DNA of 64,000 bases from Chloroflexota bacterium (lineage in GTDB: Bacteria; Chloroflexota; Dehalococcoidia; JACPQK01), in assembly GCA_016190505.1 (NCBI GenBank), contig JACPQM010000052.1, positions 21,027 to 85,026 of the forward strand, read 5' to 3'. The notes under the pieces are model-generated. The model saw nothing but the letters and a program-made list of their open reading frames with translations. It was not told the DNA's origin and did not search any database. Below, piece by piece: positions 28,108-38,140 of this stretch; the first letter of the stretch is position 1; each line of letters opens with the position of its first letter. Both the position numbers and the translations under genes were made by a program.

Positions 28108-28905
28108 TTGAGTTACGAGACCCTTCTGGTAGAGAAGGACAGCGGTGTCGCCACCGTCACCCTGAACCGCCCCGAGGTAATGAACGCGGTCAACGAGACG
28201 ATGGGGCGCGAGTTCATGCAATGCATGGAGTCGCTGGGGCATGACGAGGCCGCGCAGGTGGTGGTGATCAAGGGCGCCGGTCGCGGCTTCTGCTCCGGGG
28301 CCGATGTCCGCCGCTTCGCTCAGGCGGTCGAGGCCCGCCGGCGGGGCGAGCCCGTCATCGGCATGGGGTCCATGCTTCGCGGTCGCGGGCCACTGTTGCT
28401 GCGCGAGATGGCCAAGCCCATCATCGCCTCTATTCACGGGCCGTGCGTGGGGCTGGGGTTCACCATTGCCCTGGCCTGCGACATGCGCGTCGCGGCCGAG
28501 GACGTCCAGATCGGGGCCATATTCACCCGGGTAGGGCTCATGCCCGAGTTTGGCTCCACCTACTTCCTTCCCCGGCTGGTGGGCGTGGCCAAGGCCATGG
28601 AGCTGTGCCTCACGGGGCGCATCTTCGGCGCGCAGGAGGCCCTCCAGATAGGCTATGTCAACAAGGTGGTACCTGCCGGCAGCCTGGAAAAGGAGACCCA
28701 AGCCATGGCCCGGCAGATCGCCGCAGGGCCGCCCCTGGCCATGGGCATCATCAAGCGCTTGCTCTACCAGGGGCTCGACTGCGACCTGGGCGCCCAGTTC
28801 CACGCTGAGTCCCTGGGCATTCAGACCCTCTTTGAGTCCGAGGACCACGCTGAGGGTGTGACCGCGTTCCTGGAGAAGCGGGCAGCGGTCTTCAAAGGGA
28901 GGTAG
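28108..28905 (+). CDS. Enoyl-CoA hydratase/isomerase (crotonase) family protein
   Basis: TLNRPE, FCSGAD, GLGFTIALACD and PE; TTG start after GAGGAGG. Confidence 0.9.
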   Translation: MSYETLLVEKDSGVATVTLNRPEVMNAVNETMGREFMQCMESLGHDEAAQVVVIKGAGRGFCSGADVRRFAQAVEARRRGEPVIGMGSMLRGRGPLLLREMAKPIIASIHGPCVGLGFTIALACDMRVAAEDVQIGAIFTRVGLMPEFGSTYFLPRLVGVAKAMELCLTGRIFGAQEALQIGYVNKVVPAGSLEKETQAMARQIAAGPPLAMGIIKRLLYQGLDCDLGAQFHAESLGIQTLFESEDHAEGVTAFLEKRAAVFKGR

Positions 28906-29022
28906 GCAGCAGTGGTCCGGCGCATAGCTCCGGGCTTATGGTCATCGAGCATTTGATGTGCCGCCATCGTTGGGGGAAAGGTGTCATTGTTACGAAAATG
29001 CCGCTCGCTCGTCACGTACGCC

Positions 29023-29087
29023 GTAGGGGCGGGACTCCGTGCCCGCCCTGGCGGGGCGGCGGGGAGGACACGGAGTTCCTCCCCTAC
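29023..29087. repeat. Inverted pair of GTAG REPs (REPIN-like)
   Basis: GTAGGGGCGGGACTCCGTGCCCGCCC at 29023-48 and the reverse-oriented GTAGGGGAGGAACTCCGTGTCCTCCCC at 29061-87. Confidence 0.75.
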
Positions 29088-29211
29088 GTTACAAATCGCC
29101 AAGCGCGTTTTCATTCCCCGTGGTGCCGGTGGCAACCGGCATGGACGATTCTGAGCGAAGAGAGGCCCCGATGCGTCGGGGCCCTCCGCTGCCACAATGA
29201 CGTCCCCTAAT

Positions 29212-29309
29212 GTCATTGCGAGGAGCGCAGCGACGAAGCAACCCGCGGACGGCGCTATGGTCAGAAGGTTGCTTCGTCGTCCTTAGCCGGAAGGACTCCT
29301 CGCAATGAC
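29212..29309. repeat. GTCATTGCGAG-type palindromic repeat
   Basis: gtcattgcgaggag...ctcctcgcaatgac (14-bp arms) with inner acgaagcaacc/ggttgcttcgt. Confidence 0.75.
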
Positions 29310-29522
29310 GAAATATGGCTTCGTCGCTCTGCTCCTTTCAACGAAACGCGCCATCTCGGTTCATGGCTTTACATTGGGTCCCGACGGGCCGGGACCTGTG
29401 ATACTCGCAATGACGGCTGGGACGTGGCTCTGCATTGTCTTTCCGAGGAAGGACTGAATGGATGTCATTCAAAGCCAGCCTGAGGCGGGCGAAGAATGAC
29501 ACGATTCGGAGGGAGGTCTGGT

Positions 29523-30317
29523 TTGAACTATGAGACGATTCTCCTGGAGAAGGACTCCGGCATCGCCTGGGTGACTCTAAACCGGCCGCAGGCGCTCAAC
29601 GCGGTCAATGAGGCGATGGGCCACGAATACATAGAGGTCATGGAGGAACTGTCCAAGGACAACGACGTGCGGGTGGTGGTGGTGAGGGCCGCGGGCAAGG
29701 CGTTCTGCGCGGGCGCCGATGTCAACGCCTTCATGGCGCTGGTCGAGGCGCGCGAACGCGGAGAGCCGGGGGTGTTGCACCCGGACTTCCGCCGCCGCGT
29801 TCCCATCATCATGCGTAACATGCCCCAGCCCACCATTGCGGCGGTCCAGGGCAACGTGCTGGGGCTGGGTTTTACCATCGCCTTGAACTGTGACATGCGC
29901 ATCGCGGCCGAGGACGCTCGCTTCGGCACGGGGCACGTCCGCCTGGGACTGTGTCCCGAATGCGGTTCGACCTACTTGTTGCCCCGGTTGATTGGCCTCC
30001 CCCGGGCTATGGAGCTGGCGTTGACCGGCCGGGTAATCGGCGCCCAGGAAGCCTACGAGATAGGTATGCTCAACCGGGTGGTGGCCCTGGACAAGCTCCC
30101 CGAAGCTACCCTGGAGCTGGCCAGGGGCATCGCGGCAGCGCCGCCGCTGGCTGTGCCCGTCATTAAGCGCCTGGTGCACTCGGGCCTCAATACCGAGCTG
30201 GCCGCCCAGGTGGAGTTCGAGGCGACGTCTATCGCCGGGCTGTTCCAGACGCGGGACCACTCGGAGGCGGTGCGCGCCTTCTTCCAGAAGCGGCCCGCGG
30301 TATTCACAGGCCGGTAG
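29523..30317 (+). CDS. Enoyl-CoA hydratase/isomerase family protein (paralog of 28108-28905)
   Basis: TLNRPQ, FCAGAD, GLGFTIALNCD and PE; TTG start after GGGAGG. Confidence 0.9.
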   Translation: MNYETILLEKDSGIAWVTLNRPQALNAVNEAMGHEYIEVMEELSKDNDVRVVVVRAAGKAFCAGADVNAFMALVEARERGEPGVLHPDFRRRVPIIMRNMPQPTIAAVQGNVLGLGFTIALNCDMRIAAEDARFGTGHVRLGLCPECGSTYLLPRLIGLPRAMELALTGRVIGAQEAYEIGMLNRVVALDKLPEATLELARGIAAAPPLAVPVIKRLVHSGLNTELAAQVEFEATSIAGLFQTRDHSEAVRAFFQKRPAVFTGR

Positions 30318-30319
30318 CC

Positions 30320-31486
30320 TTGGACTTCGGCCTCTCCCCGCAGGAGGAATCGTTCCGCGAGGCGGTGCGCGCCTTCTTGCGGGCGGAGTTGCCTGCTGGT
30401 TGGCAAGGGCCGGTGGACACCGCCAGCGATGCCGCCGATGATGACCTCTGGGCAATCTCGCTCGAGATGCGCCGCAAGCTGGCGGCTCGGGGCTGGCTGT
30501 CCCTGGCCTGGCCGCGCCAGTACGGTGGGCTGGGGGCATCCCACCTGCAGCAGATCGTCTTTGACGAGGGGATGGCCTATCACCGGGCGCCGGGGCTGGA
30601 CATCATCGGTGGTCGCATGGTGGGCCCTGCCCTCATGGAGTACGGGACGGAGGAGCAGAAGCGGGCACACCTGGGGGCGATCTGCCGTGGCGAGGTGACC
30701 TGGTGTCAGGGCTTCACCGAGCCCGACGCCGGCTCCGACCTGGCCTCCCTTCAGACACGGGCGGAACCTCAAGGCGATGGCTTCGTCATTACCGGGCAGA
30801 AAGTATACACCGGGCGCGCGCACCGGGCGCAGTGGTGCGCGCTGCTGGCTCGCACCAACCCCCAGGCGCCAAAGCACAAGGGCATAAGCTACTTCCTGGT
30901 GGACATGTCGTCTCCTGGAGTCGTGGTGCGTCCGCTGGTGGACATGATGGGCCGCCATTTCTTCAACCAGCTCACCTTCGATGGGGTGTGGGTGCCCCGG
31001 TCATGTCTGGTGGGTGAGCAGGACCAGGGCTGGTACGCGGCCGTGGCCACGCTGAACTTCGAGCGTACGGGCATTGACTATTCCGCTTCGGCGAGGCGCA
31101 CGCTTGAGGACATCGCCGCCTACACGCAAACGCTCCGGCCCCGTTTGTCCGAAGTCCGGCGGCGCCAGCTCGCGGACAGAGCGGTGGAAACGCAGGTCAG
31201 CCGGTGGCTGGCCTACAGGGTGGGCTGGCTCCAGGCGAAGGGACTCATTCCGAGCTATGAGGCGTCCATGTCCAAGGCCTTCGGCTCGGAGCTGTTGCAA
31301 CGCCTGGCCGCCACAGCCATGGGCATTCTCGGCCCGTACGCTGTCCTGGCTGGTTCTCGTTGGGCGCCGCTGGGTGGCTGGCTAAGCCAGTTCAGCCTGC
31401 GCTCCATCTCCGCCACCATCCCCGGAGGCACCACCGAGGTGCAGCGAAACATCATTGCCACCCGTGGCCTGGGCCTACCCCGCTAG
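30320..31486 (+). CDS. Acyl-CoA dehydrogenase family protein
   Basis: CQGFTEPDAGSDLASL, ITGQKVYT and IPGGTTEVQRNII. Confidence 0.92.
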   Translation: MDFGLSPQEESFREAVRAFLRAELPAGWQGPVDTASDAADDDLWAISLEMRRKLAARGWLSLAWPRQYGGLGASHLQQIVFDEGMAYHRAPGLDIIGGRMVGPALMEYGTEEQKRAHLGAICRGEVTWCQGFTEPDAGSDLASLQTRAEPQGDGFVITGQKVYTGRAHRAQWCALLARTNPQAPKHKGISYFLVDMSSPGVVVRPLVDMMGRHFFNQLTFDGVWVPRSCLVGEQDQGWYAAVATLNFERTGIDYSASARRTLEDIAAYTQTLRPRLSEVRRRQLADRAVETQVSRWLAYRVGWLQAKGLIPSYEASMSKAFGSELLQRLAATAMGILGPYAVLAGSRWAPLGGWLSQFSLRSISATIPGGTTEVQRNIIATRGLGLPR

Positions 31487-31490
31487 ACGG

Positions 31491-32162
31491 CTACTTGGTT
31501 GCCGTGGGGCCGGCCCCTACAGAGGGGGCCAACTCCAGCGGCGATTTCTTGAACTCGGCGGGTGAGACAGTGCCCCCTGACAGCGTGAGCCGCATGGCCA
31601 TGGGGACCGAGAGGTCCGTGTCGTATATGTCCTCCACCGGTAGAATCGCCACCCAACCGGTGTTGGGCATGGGCGCACTGGGTATATAGACAACGCCCAG
31701 GCTCTGCCCCATTTCGTTCCTGGTCATTCCGGTCAGGAAACCCACGGCCCAACTGCCGGACCTGGGATACTCGATCACCACAACACGCTTGAAACCAGTC
31801 CGAGTGCTGCCGGAGAAGGACTCGATGAGCTGCTTGGACGTGTCGTAGATGGTGCTGATGAGGGGCACCCGCAGTAGCGTACTCTGTCCGGCGTGAATCA
31901 GGCTGCGCCCCACGACGTTCTCGGCCAGCACACCGGCCACATACACCAGGGCCACGAGCAGGACAATGCCTACGCCAGGTACTTGCCAGCCGAAGATCTG
32001 CTCCACGATTGGCGCAAACACGCCGTCCAGTCCTCGAAAGGCCAGGTCCAGGATCCAGTAGGTTATCAGCAGCGGCACCAGCAGCAGCAGGCCCGCGGTG
32101 AGCGTGTTCCGCAGGTGCAGCAGGAAGGCCCTCCAAGCCGGGTTAGGCTTGCCCTTTGTCAT
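31491..32162 (-). CDS. DUF502 family membrane protein
   Basis: AGLLLLVPLLIT, RVPLISTIY, VVVIEYPR and YIPSAPMPNTG. Confidence 0.85.
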   Translation of the reverse strand: MTKGKPNPAWRAFLLHLRNTLTAGLLLLVPLLITYWILDLAFRGLDGVFAPIVEQIFGWQVPGVGIVLLVALVYVAGVLAENVVGRSLIHAGQSTLLRVPLISTIYDTSKQLIESFSGSTRTGFKRVVVIEYPRSGSWAVGFLTGMTRNEMGQSLGVVYIPSAPMPNTGWVAILPVEDIYDTDLSVPMAMRLTLSGGTVSPAEFKKSPLELAPSVGAGPTATK

Positions 32163-32260
32163 GCACAACTCCTGGAGCGGCAACCCGCCGGAAGCAGGCT
32201 GCCGCTCTCTAACCACACTAGTCCCAGAATATAATGACGCCAGCCGCAAGTCCAGTCGGA

Positions 32261-32340
32261 GGGCGCACGCCGTGCGCCCCTACGGGCTACGGGGGTTGGG
32301 GCTGGGCCTGAAGCCTGGAGTTTGAAGTCTAAAGCCTGAC
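32261..32340. repeat. Composite intergenic repeat with GTAG REP (copy 1)
   Basis: gggcgcacgccgtgcgcccctac plus a ctgaagcctggag tail shared with the copies at 52.2 and 61.1 kb. Confidence 0.7.
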
Positions 32341-32343
32341 ACG

Positions 32344-33345
32344 CTAGGCGGGGGCCTTCTCCGGCTGCGCCAGAGGTTTCCCGAAGACCTGCCGGTAGCG
32401 GGCAGCCAGTTGGTCCGCCGTGGGCAGGCTGGTCCGCGCCCCTAGCTCGGCGATGGCAAACCGGGCCATTATGCCGCCGACACGGGCGCAGGTTTCCGGG
32501 TCGTGGCCCTCCAGCAGGCCGTAAAGGAATCCGGCGGCAAAAGCATCCCCGGCGCCGGTAGTGTCCAGCGTCGTGGTGGCTAACTGGGGCTGGGGCACGA
32601 AGTACTCCCTGCCAGCCTGGCTTACGTAACAGTCCAGGAAAAGGCCAGGGCGGGCGGTGAGGGTCTCTCCTTTGCCGAAGGTGACCACGACGGTCTCGCA
32701 GCCCAGCTCGTGGCAGTGGCGGGCGCCGCTGGGGACCTCTCGACCAGTGAGCTGGTGCAACTCCGAGGCGTTGAGGAAGACGACGTGGGACCTCTTGAGG
32801 AACACCTCGATGCCCTTCCAGCCCAGGGCCGAGTACACGGACCCCGGGGCGAAGCTCAGCTTGACGCCGGGCGCCATCTCGGCGACCAGCCGCTGCTGCG
32901 CCTGGCGCTGCTGCTCGCCCAGGAACGAGGACAGGTGCAGGTACTGGCTGCGGTTGACCAGCCCGAGCGGGATGTCTGCCCAGGAAAGGAGCGCGTTTGC
33001 CCCGGGCGATAGGTAGATGGCCCGGCGGCCGCCGGCCTCGGTAAGGATGACGGCCCGCCCGGTAGCTCCGGGCTTGACTACGATGCCTGATGTGCTTACG
33101 CCAGCCTCGGCCATCTGCTGGCGGACGTTCTCGCCTTCGGGGTCATCTCCCACGGCGCCGATGAATAGCGTGACAGCACCCAAGCGCGCCAGAGCGAAGA
33201 TGGTGTTGGCCGCCGAGCCTCCGGCGTAAGAGCCGGACGCCTCGATGGGCGCTTCGCCGTCGCCCAGGATCTTGGGCACGCGGTAGATGTGGTCCATGTT
33301 GAGGGCGCCGAGCCCGACCACCTGAAGTTGCTTGTTAGTAGGCAT
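32344..33345 (-). CDS. PfkB/ribokinase family carbohydrate or nucleoside kinase
   Basis: GGSAANT and DTTGAGDAFAAG. Confidence 0.92.
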   Translation of the reverse strand: MPTNKQLQVVGLGALNMDHIYRVPKILGDGEAPIEASGSYAGGSAANTIFALARLGAVTLFIGAVGDDPEGENVRQQMAEAGVSTSGIVVKPGATGRAVILTEAGGRRAIYLSPGANALLSWADIPLGLVNRSQYLHLSSFLGEQQRQAQQRLVAEMAPGVKLSFAPGSVYSALGWKGIEVFLKRSHVVFLNASELHQLTGREVPSGARHCHELGCETVVVTFGKGETLTARPGLFLDCYVSQAGREYFVPQPQLATTTLDTTGAGDAFAAGFLYGLLEGHDPETCARVGGIMARFAIAELGARTSLPTADQLAARYRQVFGKPLAQPEKAPA

Positions 33346-33348
33346 ATA

Positions 33349-34335
33349 TCACCCCAAAGCGGCGGCGGCCTGGCGGACGTGGCGCCGCAAGTCTTTATGC
33401 AGGGCCGACACACTGGCGGGCGGGGGCCGCCCGGCCAACCATTGGAAGTGGCCCCGCTCGCCCTGGGCAGGTGTGGGCGTCAGGGCCTCGAGCCAGGTCA
33501 TGATGGCCGGGCGGCCCCCGCCCTGCCATGCCTCGAGCACGGGCAGAAGGTCTTCTATATGGGTCGAGGCCAGGCCCAGAGTGGCGCAGGGCAGGGCGTA
33601 CTCGTTGGCGTTGAAGGCAATGGCGAGGCCGCCAGCCTGGTCCACACCCCGGAGCATGGCCGCATCGGTGATGCTGTCGCCCACGGCCACCACCCGGGAC
33701 AGGGGCTGGCCTTGGGCCAGGCAGTACGCCTCCACCGCTATTTGTTTGCGGCTGCCCCCCATAGGGCGGACCACCCGCAGCACCTGGTGCATGTGGCTGT
33801 CCACGCTGTCCCGCCAGTAGAACCGGTCCAGGCGCTCGCGCAGCCAACCGTCGTCCCTGCTGTCCCGCTGGGCCAGCTCAGCTTCCAGGTCGGCCGTTTG
33901 CCGGCGCGCTTCCTGGGGAAACCAGTGGTCCAGGCGCTCCAGCGGGAGCGCGGTGCACGCGACATGCGACTGAGGTATGCCCACGCGCCCGGCGACGGCC
34001 CGGGCAAAGGGCGCGTAGGACGTGGTAACGGCGTGGACCTGCCATCCCTGGTCCTGCAGGTTGCGCAAGAGGCGCTCGGCGCCGCCCACCAGGGTTGCCT
34101 CTTCCCCCATGCGCTGGATGGCTCCGGTAGTTACTCCATGGCACAGCAAGAAGGGCACGATGAGCCTGAGCGTGTCTCCCGGCTCGTAGCCGGGGCGCCC
34201 TTCCAGAGTAAGCAAGTCATCATAGCGGCTGATAGCCTCGAAGACCTGCCGGCCCCCGGGCCACAGGCCCATCAGCTCGTAGGCGTTGTCCTGCGGGGTT
34301 AGGGGCCCCTCCAGGTCGAAGAAGGCGAGGTTCAC
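33349..34335 (-). CDS. HAD-superfamily protein, EhaR/COG4030-like
   Basis: True start is the GTG overlapping the purN stop (GTGA). Motifs FFDLEGPLTPQDNAYE and VGDSITD. Confidence 0.65.
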   Translation of the reverse strand: MNLAFFDLEGPLTPQDNAYELMGLWPGGRQVFEAISRYDDLLTLEGRPGYEPGDTLRLIVPFLLCHGVTTGAIQRMGEEATLVGGAERLLRNLQDQGWQVHAVTTSYAPFARAVAGRVGIPQSHVACTALPLERLDHWFPQEARRQTADLEAELAQRDSRDDGWLRERLDRFYWRDSVDSHMHQVLRVVRPMGGSRKQIAVEAYCLAQGQPLSRVVAVGDSITDAAMLRGVDQAGGLAIAFNANEYALPCATLGLASTHIEDLLPVLEAWQGGGRPAIMTWLEALTPTPAQGERGHFQWLAGRPPPASVSALHKDLRRHVRQAAAALG

Positions 34336-35168
34336 GGCACGCCGGCCCCCCGGAGGGCAGCCTCGACTTCGGCGGTCAGGTCCACCGGCGGCCGGGGCTG
34401 TCCCCGCTCGTCCACCACCTGCCCGCTCTCCACCCGGAAACGGCCCTCGCCGAACGCCTTTATGGTGGCCACTATGAGTGGGAACTCGCGGGCCAGGCCC
34501 CGACGGCGGACAGCCTGGAACAGGGGCAGGCTTTCGCCACCGGCGGCTTGCAGCCCGGTCCCTGTGCGGTCGCCTGCCTGGCGCCACAAAGGATCCATCT
34601 CTTCGCCCCTCAGGGAATAGGCACAGTAGGCGATGGCCGGGCCCCGGTCCAGCTCCGGCGTGACCAGGTGCATCATCACCCCGCTGGCGGGCGCCTGCGC
34701 CTCGATAACCTGCCAGACCACCTCCTGCCAGGTCCCCTTGGGGCCGTTGGGCAGGGCCGGGTGCAGGTTGATCATGGTCATCTGTTGGCAGAGCAGCGGC
34801 GAGGTTATCATCATGTATCCGGCCATGACCACCAGGTCGTGGGGAAAGCCGCTCAGTAGACGCAGGACCTCCTCGTCGTACCTCAATCGCCACGGGGGCG
34901 GTGCTGCGCCGGCGTAAGGCTCTCCCGCCCCGTGCTCACGCCAGAAACGGCGGCCGGAGAGGCAGACCAGGGGGATAGTGTAGCCGTTCACCAGCTCGAT
35001 GAAGCGGTCGCTTTCGGCGGACTCCCCGGGCTCCCGGTTGCAGAACACGAACTCGAGGCGTCCTGATATGTCGCCAGTGTCCATGGCAGAGCGCACCACC
35101 CGCAGCAGGTCGCGGGCGGCCTCGTCACGCCCTGTGGAGAGCCATCCGATGCGCCTTATGTCGTTCAT
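34332..35168 (-). CDS. purN: Phosphoribosylglycinamide formyltransferase-like protein
   Basis: VFCNRE, VVMAGYMMI, INLHPALP and HLVTPELDRGP. Confidence 0.75.
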   Translation of the reverse strand: MNDIRRIGWLSTGRDEAARDLLRVVRSAMDTGDISGRLEFVFCNREPGESAESDRFIELVNGYTIPLVCLSGRRFWREHGAGEPYAGAAPPPWRLRYDEEVLRLLSGFPHDLVVMAGYMMITSPLLCQQMTMINLHPALPNGPKGTWQEVVWQVIEAQAPASGVMMHLVTPELDRGPAIAYCAYSLRGEEMDPLWRQAGDRTGTGLQAAGGESLPLFQAVRRRGLAREFPLIVATIKAFGEGRFRVESGQVVDERGQPRPPVDLTAEVEAALRGAGVP

Positions 35169-35842
35169 GCTTCGTTGGGGCAGGATGGCCGCCGGTTCTG
35201 TCCCCCGCGCAGCAGGCGGCGGCCCACGCTCCACGCGTGTACCCACACCGGGGAGTAGGCCCTAACCATTGTAGCTTGCGTGAGGGACCGGAGAAACCCC
35301 TGGGGTCCGTCGAACTCGGGCATCACTACGCCGGAGCGCCCCAGCTCGCTCAGTAGGTGGGCGTCGCTGGCCGCAGCCACGGTCAGCCCGTGCTGGCGGG
35401 CAAAGGTCTCCGCCTTGCGATTAGCCCCGCGGAAGATGTTGTTGCGGGCGTTGAACACCTCCACTACGTCCACCGAGGGTAGAATAGCCTCCAGCGCGCT
35501 TTCGGCGAGGCCAGACGCTCGCCAGGAAAAGGGGTGGGGCACGTAGACCAGCCCGCCCTGGCCCTTGATGCGGGCCACTGTCTCCTGGGGCGAGAGGCCC
35601 CGCGGGACCTCCTGGCCCAGGAACAGCCCGATGATCTCGCCCTCGCTGGACTTGATCTCCTCGCCGGGGATAACCAGGAAAGGGGCCATGTCCCTCAGTC
35701 TCAGGGCGCCGTGAAGACAGTTGTGGTCGGTCACCGCCAGGCAGTCCACACCCACCTTCTGGCATTGACGCACGACGTCTTCAAGGGAGCTAGCGGAGTC
35801 TGGGGAATAGCAGGTGTGGCAGTGGAGCTCCGCCCTCAGCAA
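35165..35842 (-). CDS. PHP domain protein
   Basis: LHCHT, AVTDHN, VPHP and ASDAH. Confidence 0.88.
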   Translation of the reverse strand: MLRAELHCHTCYSPDSASSLEDVVRQCQKVGVDCLAVTDHNCLHGALRLRDMAPFLVIPGEEIKSSEGEIIGLFLGQEVPRGLSPQETVARIKGQGGLVYVPHPFSWRASGLAESALEAILPSVDVVEVFNARNNIFRGANRKAETFARQHGLTVAAASDAHLLSELGRSGVVMPEFDGPQGFLRSLTQATMVRAYSPVWVHAWSVGRRLLRGGQNRRPSCPNEA

Positions 35843-36105
35843 GGGCCGTTCCCCTCGCCGTCAATGAGGCGTATTTGCTGGCCGAAGTTGACCTGGAGCT
35901 GCTTTACTTTCAGCTCCGTGGCGTCCAGCATGTCGTGGCAGGACCGGGCCAGGCGCATACCATCCTGGAACAGGTTGGTGGCCCGCTCCAGCGTCAGCCC
36001 GCCCGCCTCCAGCGCCTGGACGGTGCGCTCCAGTTGGGCAAAGGCCTCCTCGAAGCTCGGACTGGGAGTTGCCGGGGGGGCAGCATTATCCTTGGCCATG
36101 GCCAT
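35836..36105 (-). CDS. xseB: Exodeoxyribonuclease VII small subunit
   Basis: SFEEAFAQLERTVQALE...L..AT.LFQDGM; downstream of xseA. Confidence 0.92.
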   Translation of the reverse strand: MAMAKDNAAPPATPSPSFEEAFAQLERTVQALEAGGLTLERATNLFQDGMRLARSCHDMLDATELKVKQLQVNFGQQIRLIDGEGNGPC

Positions 36106-37282
36106 CCTCCGACACTCGGGCAGCGAAGCTGCCGTCCACGACCTGGATCGAGAGGCGGTCGCCTGTGGCCACCTGGGCGCGGTGCCTCACCGCGGTCCCG
36201 CTGGAAGCGTGGTGCACCAGGGCGTATCCCCGGCCCAGGGTAGCTAGAGGTGACAGGGCCGAGAGGCGCCCGGCCATGCCGTGCACCTGCTCCCGCCGCA
36301 CCGAGGTCAGCTTGTCTAAGTGGGCCCTGGCCCGCGAGCACACCTCGAGCAAATGGTGGCGCCGGGAGGCCAGGTCCGGCGCCAGCCCTGTTAACCGCCG
36401 GGCCGTGGCCTGCAACTGGTGGCGTCTCTGGGCGAGCAGCCCGTCCAGCGCCGCCTGGGCCCGGCGCTGGCTGGTGCCCAGCCTCTTTAGCAGGTCGGCG
36501 CGATCGGGCACGGCCACCTCCGCGGCCGCCGACGGGGTGGGTGCCCGGCAATCGGCCGCGAAATCAGACAACGTGAAGTCCGTGTCGTGGCCGACGCCGG
36601 TGATGACGGGCACGGGGCTTTTGTAGATGGCCCGCACCACCTTCTCCTCGTTGAAGGCCCACAGCTCCTCCAGGGAGCCGCCACCCCGGGCTACGATGAT
36701 TACGTTTATCGCCGGTTCTTGCCACAGTGCTTGCAGGGCGGCCACCACGCCGTCGCCCGCGCCATCGCCCTGCACCGGACTGGGAGCGAAAACGACTTCA
36801 ACCAGAGGGTAGCGGCGCTCCAGCACGTGCACCATGTCGTGGAACACTGCGCCCGTAGGCGAGGTGACAATGCCGATATGCTGTGGAAAGCGTGGCAGGG
36901 GGCGCTTGTGCGCCGGATCGAATAGTCCCTCCTCCTGGAGGCGCGCCTTGAGACGCTCATACTCCAGGTGGAGCAGGCCCAGCCCCTCGGGCTGGACCAT
37001 GTCCACATAGAACTGGAGCTCGCCCCGGGTCTCATATATGGAGACGGCGCCGTGGGCAGAGACGAGGGCGCCGTGGGCCAGCAGATGCGCCCCGTACCGT
37101 CCCCGGAACATGACACAGCGAAGCTGTCCCTGGGCGTCCTTGAGGGTGAAGTAGGTATGCCCGGCCGAGGACGTGGTCAGGTTGGACACCTCGCCGCGCA
37201 CCCAGATGTCCTGGAGCGCTGGCTCCGACTCCAGGAGGCGCCGGAGGAAGGCGACCAGCTCGCCAACCGCCAGCAGCTTCAT
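36086..37282 (-). CDS. xseA: Exodeoxyribonuclease VII large subunit
   Basis: WVRGEVSN, GHTYFTLKD, ARGGGSLEELWAFN and LGRGYA. Confidence 0.96.
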   Translation of the reverse strand: MKLLAVGELVAFLRRLLESEPALQDIWVRGEVSNLTTSSAGHTYFTLKDAQGQLRCVMFRGRYGAHLLAHGALVSAHGAVSIYETRGELQFYVDMVQPEGLGLLHLEYERLKARLQEEGLFDPAHKRPLPRFPQHIGIVTSPTGAVFHDMVHVLERRYPLVEVVFAPSPVQGDGAGDGVVAALQALWQEPAINVIIVARGGGSLEELWAFNEEKVVRAIYKSPVPVITGVGHDTDFTLSDFAADCRAPTPSAAAEVAVPDRADLLKRLGTSQRRAQAALDGLLAQRRHQLQATARRLTGLAPDLASRRHHLLEVCSRARAHLDKLTSVRREQVHGMAGRLSALSPLATLGRGYALVHHASSGTAVRHRAQVATGDRLSIQVVDGSFAARVSEDGHGQG

Positions 37283-37391
37283 AGCTCAGCGCGGCCCGAC
37301 CGAAACATGGAGCCAGTCACGCCCAGGAAAAGCGGCGTGGGACTGCTTCCTCTCCCTCTGGGAGAGGAGTGAGGTGAGGGCAGGGGGGTCA

Positions 37392-37952
37392 CTAGGTTAC
37401 CCGCGTAACCACGAGGTTGGTGCGAGTATCCACGCGCACCGTATCGCCCACGTTGATGAAGAAAGGCACCTGGACCACCAGGCCCGTCTCCAGCTTAGCG
37501 GGCTTGCCTCCGCCCTGGGCGGTGTCACCCTTGAAACCTGGCGCTGTGTCCACCACTTTGAGGTCCACGGTAATAGGGAGCTGTATGTCCAGGGGCTCTC
37601 CTTCGTAGAAGCCGAGCTCCAGGGTCATGTTCTCGGCGAGGTACTTCACGTTATCCCCGAGCACCTCGGCGTCTATGGTGAACTGGTCGTAAGTAGTGGT
37701 GTCCATGAAAGTATACTGCTGGCCGTCGCTGTACTGGTACTGGGCGGTGCGGCGGTCCAGTTGGACTACCGGGAACTTGTCCCCGCTGCCGATGGTCCGC
37801 TCAATGGTGTGGCCCTGGCGCACATCCTTGAGCTTGATCTTCACCATGGCTGCCCGCTGGGCGTACCTGAAGGGCTGGTACTCCACGATGCGCCAGATCC
37901 CTCCCTCGAACTGGATAATAATGCCCTTCTTGAACTCGCTAGAGCTAATCAT
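37392..37952 (-). CDS. efp: Translation elongation factor P
   Basis: PGFKGDTA, KPAKLETG and VPFFINVGD. Confidence 0.93.
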   Translation of the reverse strand: MISSSEFKKGIIIQFEGGIWRIVEYQPFRYAQRAAMVKIKLKDVRQGHTIERTIGSGDKFPVVQLDRRTAQYQYSDGQQYTFMDTTTYDQFTIDAEVLGDNVKYLAENMTLELGFYEGEPLDIQLPITVDLKVVDTAPGFKGDTAQGGGKPAKLETGLVVQVPFFINVGDTVRVDTRTNLVVTRVT

Positions 37953-38140
37953 GGTGCCTCCTGGATTCGTTCCTTCTTGGAGAACAGCTTGCGCCCCCCG
38001 TCATTGAAAGCGCAGCGAAGCAACCTTCTGCCGCGGGCGTCGCTGGAGAATGCTTTGTCCTCCTCGCCATGAGGTGAGGCCGTCTCCCTGTCATGGCTGG
38101 TGTCAACAAACCGACACGGGAAGCAGTCGCCCCCACTATC

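Noticed and set aside
33349-34893. 514-aa ORF as listed in the track
   Set aside because: The N-terminal ~186 codons overlap purN in another frame. The real gene starts at GTG 34335.
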